From: a virus
Lineage: Duplodnaviria > Caudoviricetes
Length of the DNA: 24,756 bases
IMG/VR virus record: IMGVR_UViG_3300027921_000004
Span: 1 to 24,756 of that record
Strand: one strand, 5' to 3'
The notes beneath the pieces were generated by a model. It searched no databases and was not told the origin of the DNA. It was given only the letters and a program-made list of their open reading frames with translations. This document shows, piece after piece, positions 24,489 through 24,756 of the stretch (within the stretch, counting starts at the first letter, position 1; each line of letters begins with the position of its first letter). A program made the position numbers and the translations under genes.

Positions 24489-24755
24489 ACCAAGTGCCGC
24501 CAGTTCTTCGCACAGTTTTGCTTTCCGCTGCTCTATCCACTCTTGGTCAATCTCGACGGCCATTCCTGCCGAGGCTTCGGCTACGTTGCAGGCGTCAATC
24601 CAGCCTTGCGCCTCTCTGCAATTTATGGAGCCTCCAGCATTCATAGAAACATGATCTCCAATCTCGAAAGTCCCGTCTACGCTGGCCTTGGTGACGATGT
24701 ACCGCTTACCCACCGCCATGCCTAACACGTCGCTCAACCCGGACGCTGCGCCGGC
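24483..24755 (-). CDS. Cassette 12: hypothetical protein (start uncertain; frame open to the window edge)
   Basis: ...AGAASGLSDVLGMAVGKRYIVTK...; stop lies in the R' box of attC11. Confidence 0.65.
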   Translation of the reverse strand, partial: AGAASGLSDVLGMAVGKRYIVTKASVDGTFEIGDHVSMNAGGSINCREAQGWIDACNVAEASAGMAVEIDQEWIEQRKAKLCEELAALGA

Positions 24756-24756
24756 A
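24720..24756 (+). repeat. attC site 12 (left half only, truncated by the window)
   Basis: GCCTAAC-ACGTC-GCTCAACC-CGGACGCTGCGCCG, closely similar to the left arm of attC10. Confidence 0.8.

Larger units (their letters stand above)
1..24756 (-). mobile_element. P22-like tailed phage or prophage segment (packaging, head, tail and ejection modules plus upstream accessory region)
   Basis: Contiguous minus-strand run of terminase, portal, coat, gp10-like, tail fibre and ejection genes. No host genes or phage att ends are visible, so free phage versus prophage cannot be decided. Confidence 0.95.
20070..24756 (+). mobile_element. Integron-type gene cassette array (at least 12 cassettes) with no integrase in the window (CALIN-like); continues past the right edge
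   Basis: Twelve RYYYAAC-like R'' boxes, each followed 5 nt later by an L'' box, an imperfect palindrome and, in the 11 complete sites, a GTTRRRY-like R'. One site separates each gene unit. Cassette start and end boxes are complementary in 11 of 12 cases. Confidence 0.92.

Noticed and set aside
20709-24725. Plus-strand ORFs inside cassettes, which would restore classical orientation
   Set aside because: They have no family motifs and several cross attC sites arbitrarily, whereas the minus-strand ORFs have RBSs and recognisable families.
20642-24756. CRISPR array or plain rho-independent terminators as the explanation for the periodic palindromes
   Set aside because: The repeats are not identical, are 64-122 bp long, are separated by whole genes, lack U-tracts and have attC box architecture.

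Overview
The window is part of a P22-like (podovirus-type) phage or prophage, with essentially all real genes on the minus strand. Reading right to left from about 19,944: terS, terL, portal, a lower-GC insert (LamG-like protein, holin-like gene, internally deleted M15 endolysin), major capsid, glycosyltransferase, scaffold, head-tail proteins, tail fibre and chaperone, GNAT-like protein and ejection proteins. It ends in a >1,012-aa polyvalent protein cut by the left edge. The standout feature is 20,070-24,756: an integron-type array of at least 12 gene cassettes separated by attC sites (11 complete, 1 cut by the edge), sitting directly upstream of terS. No integron integrase occupies the canonical position or any other place in the window. 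The attC top strand is the plus strand, yet every cassette gene is on the minus strand, so all cargo is inverted relative to a classical integron and co-oriented with the phage genes. The cargo is typical phage accessory genes (DNA methyltransferase, Arr-like ADP-ribosyltransferase, AlpA, DUF551-like and others). Stop codons, C-termini and even one RBS plus start codon are encoded inside attC sites. All family calls come from motif recognition by eye; no searches were run.
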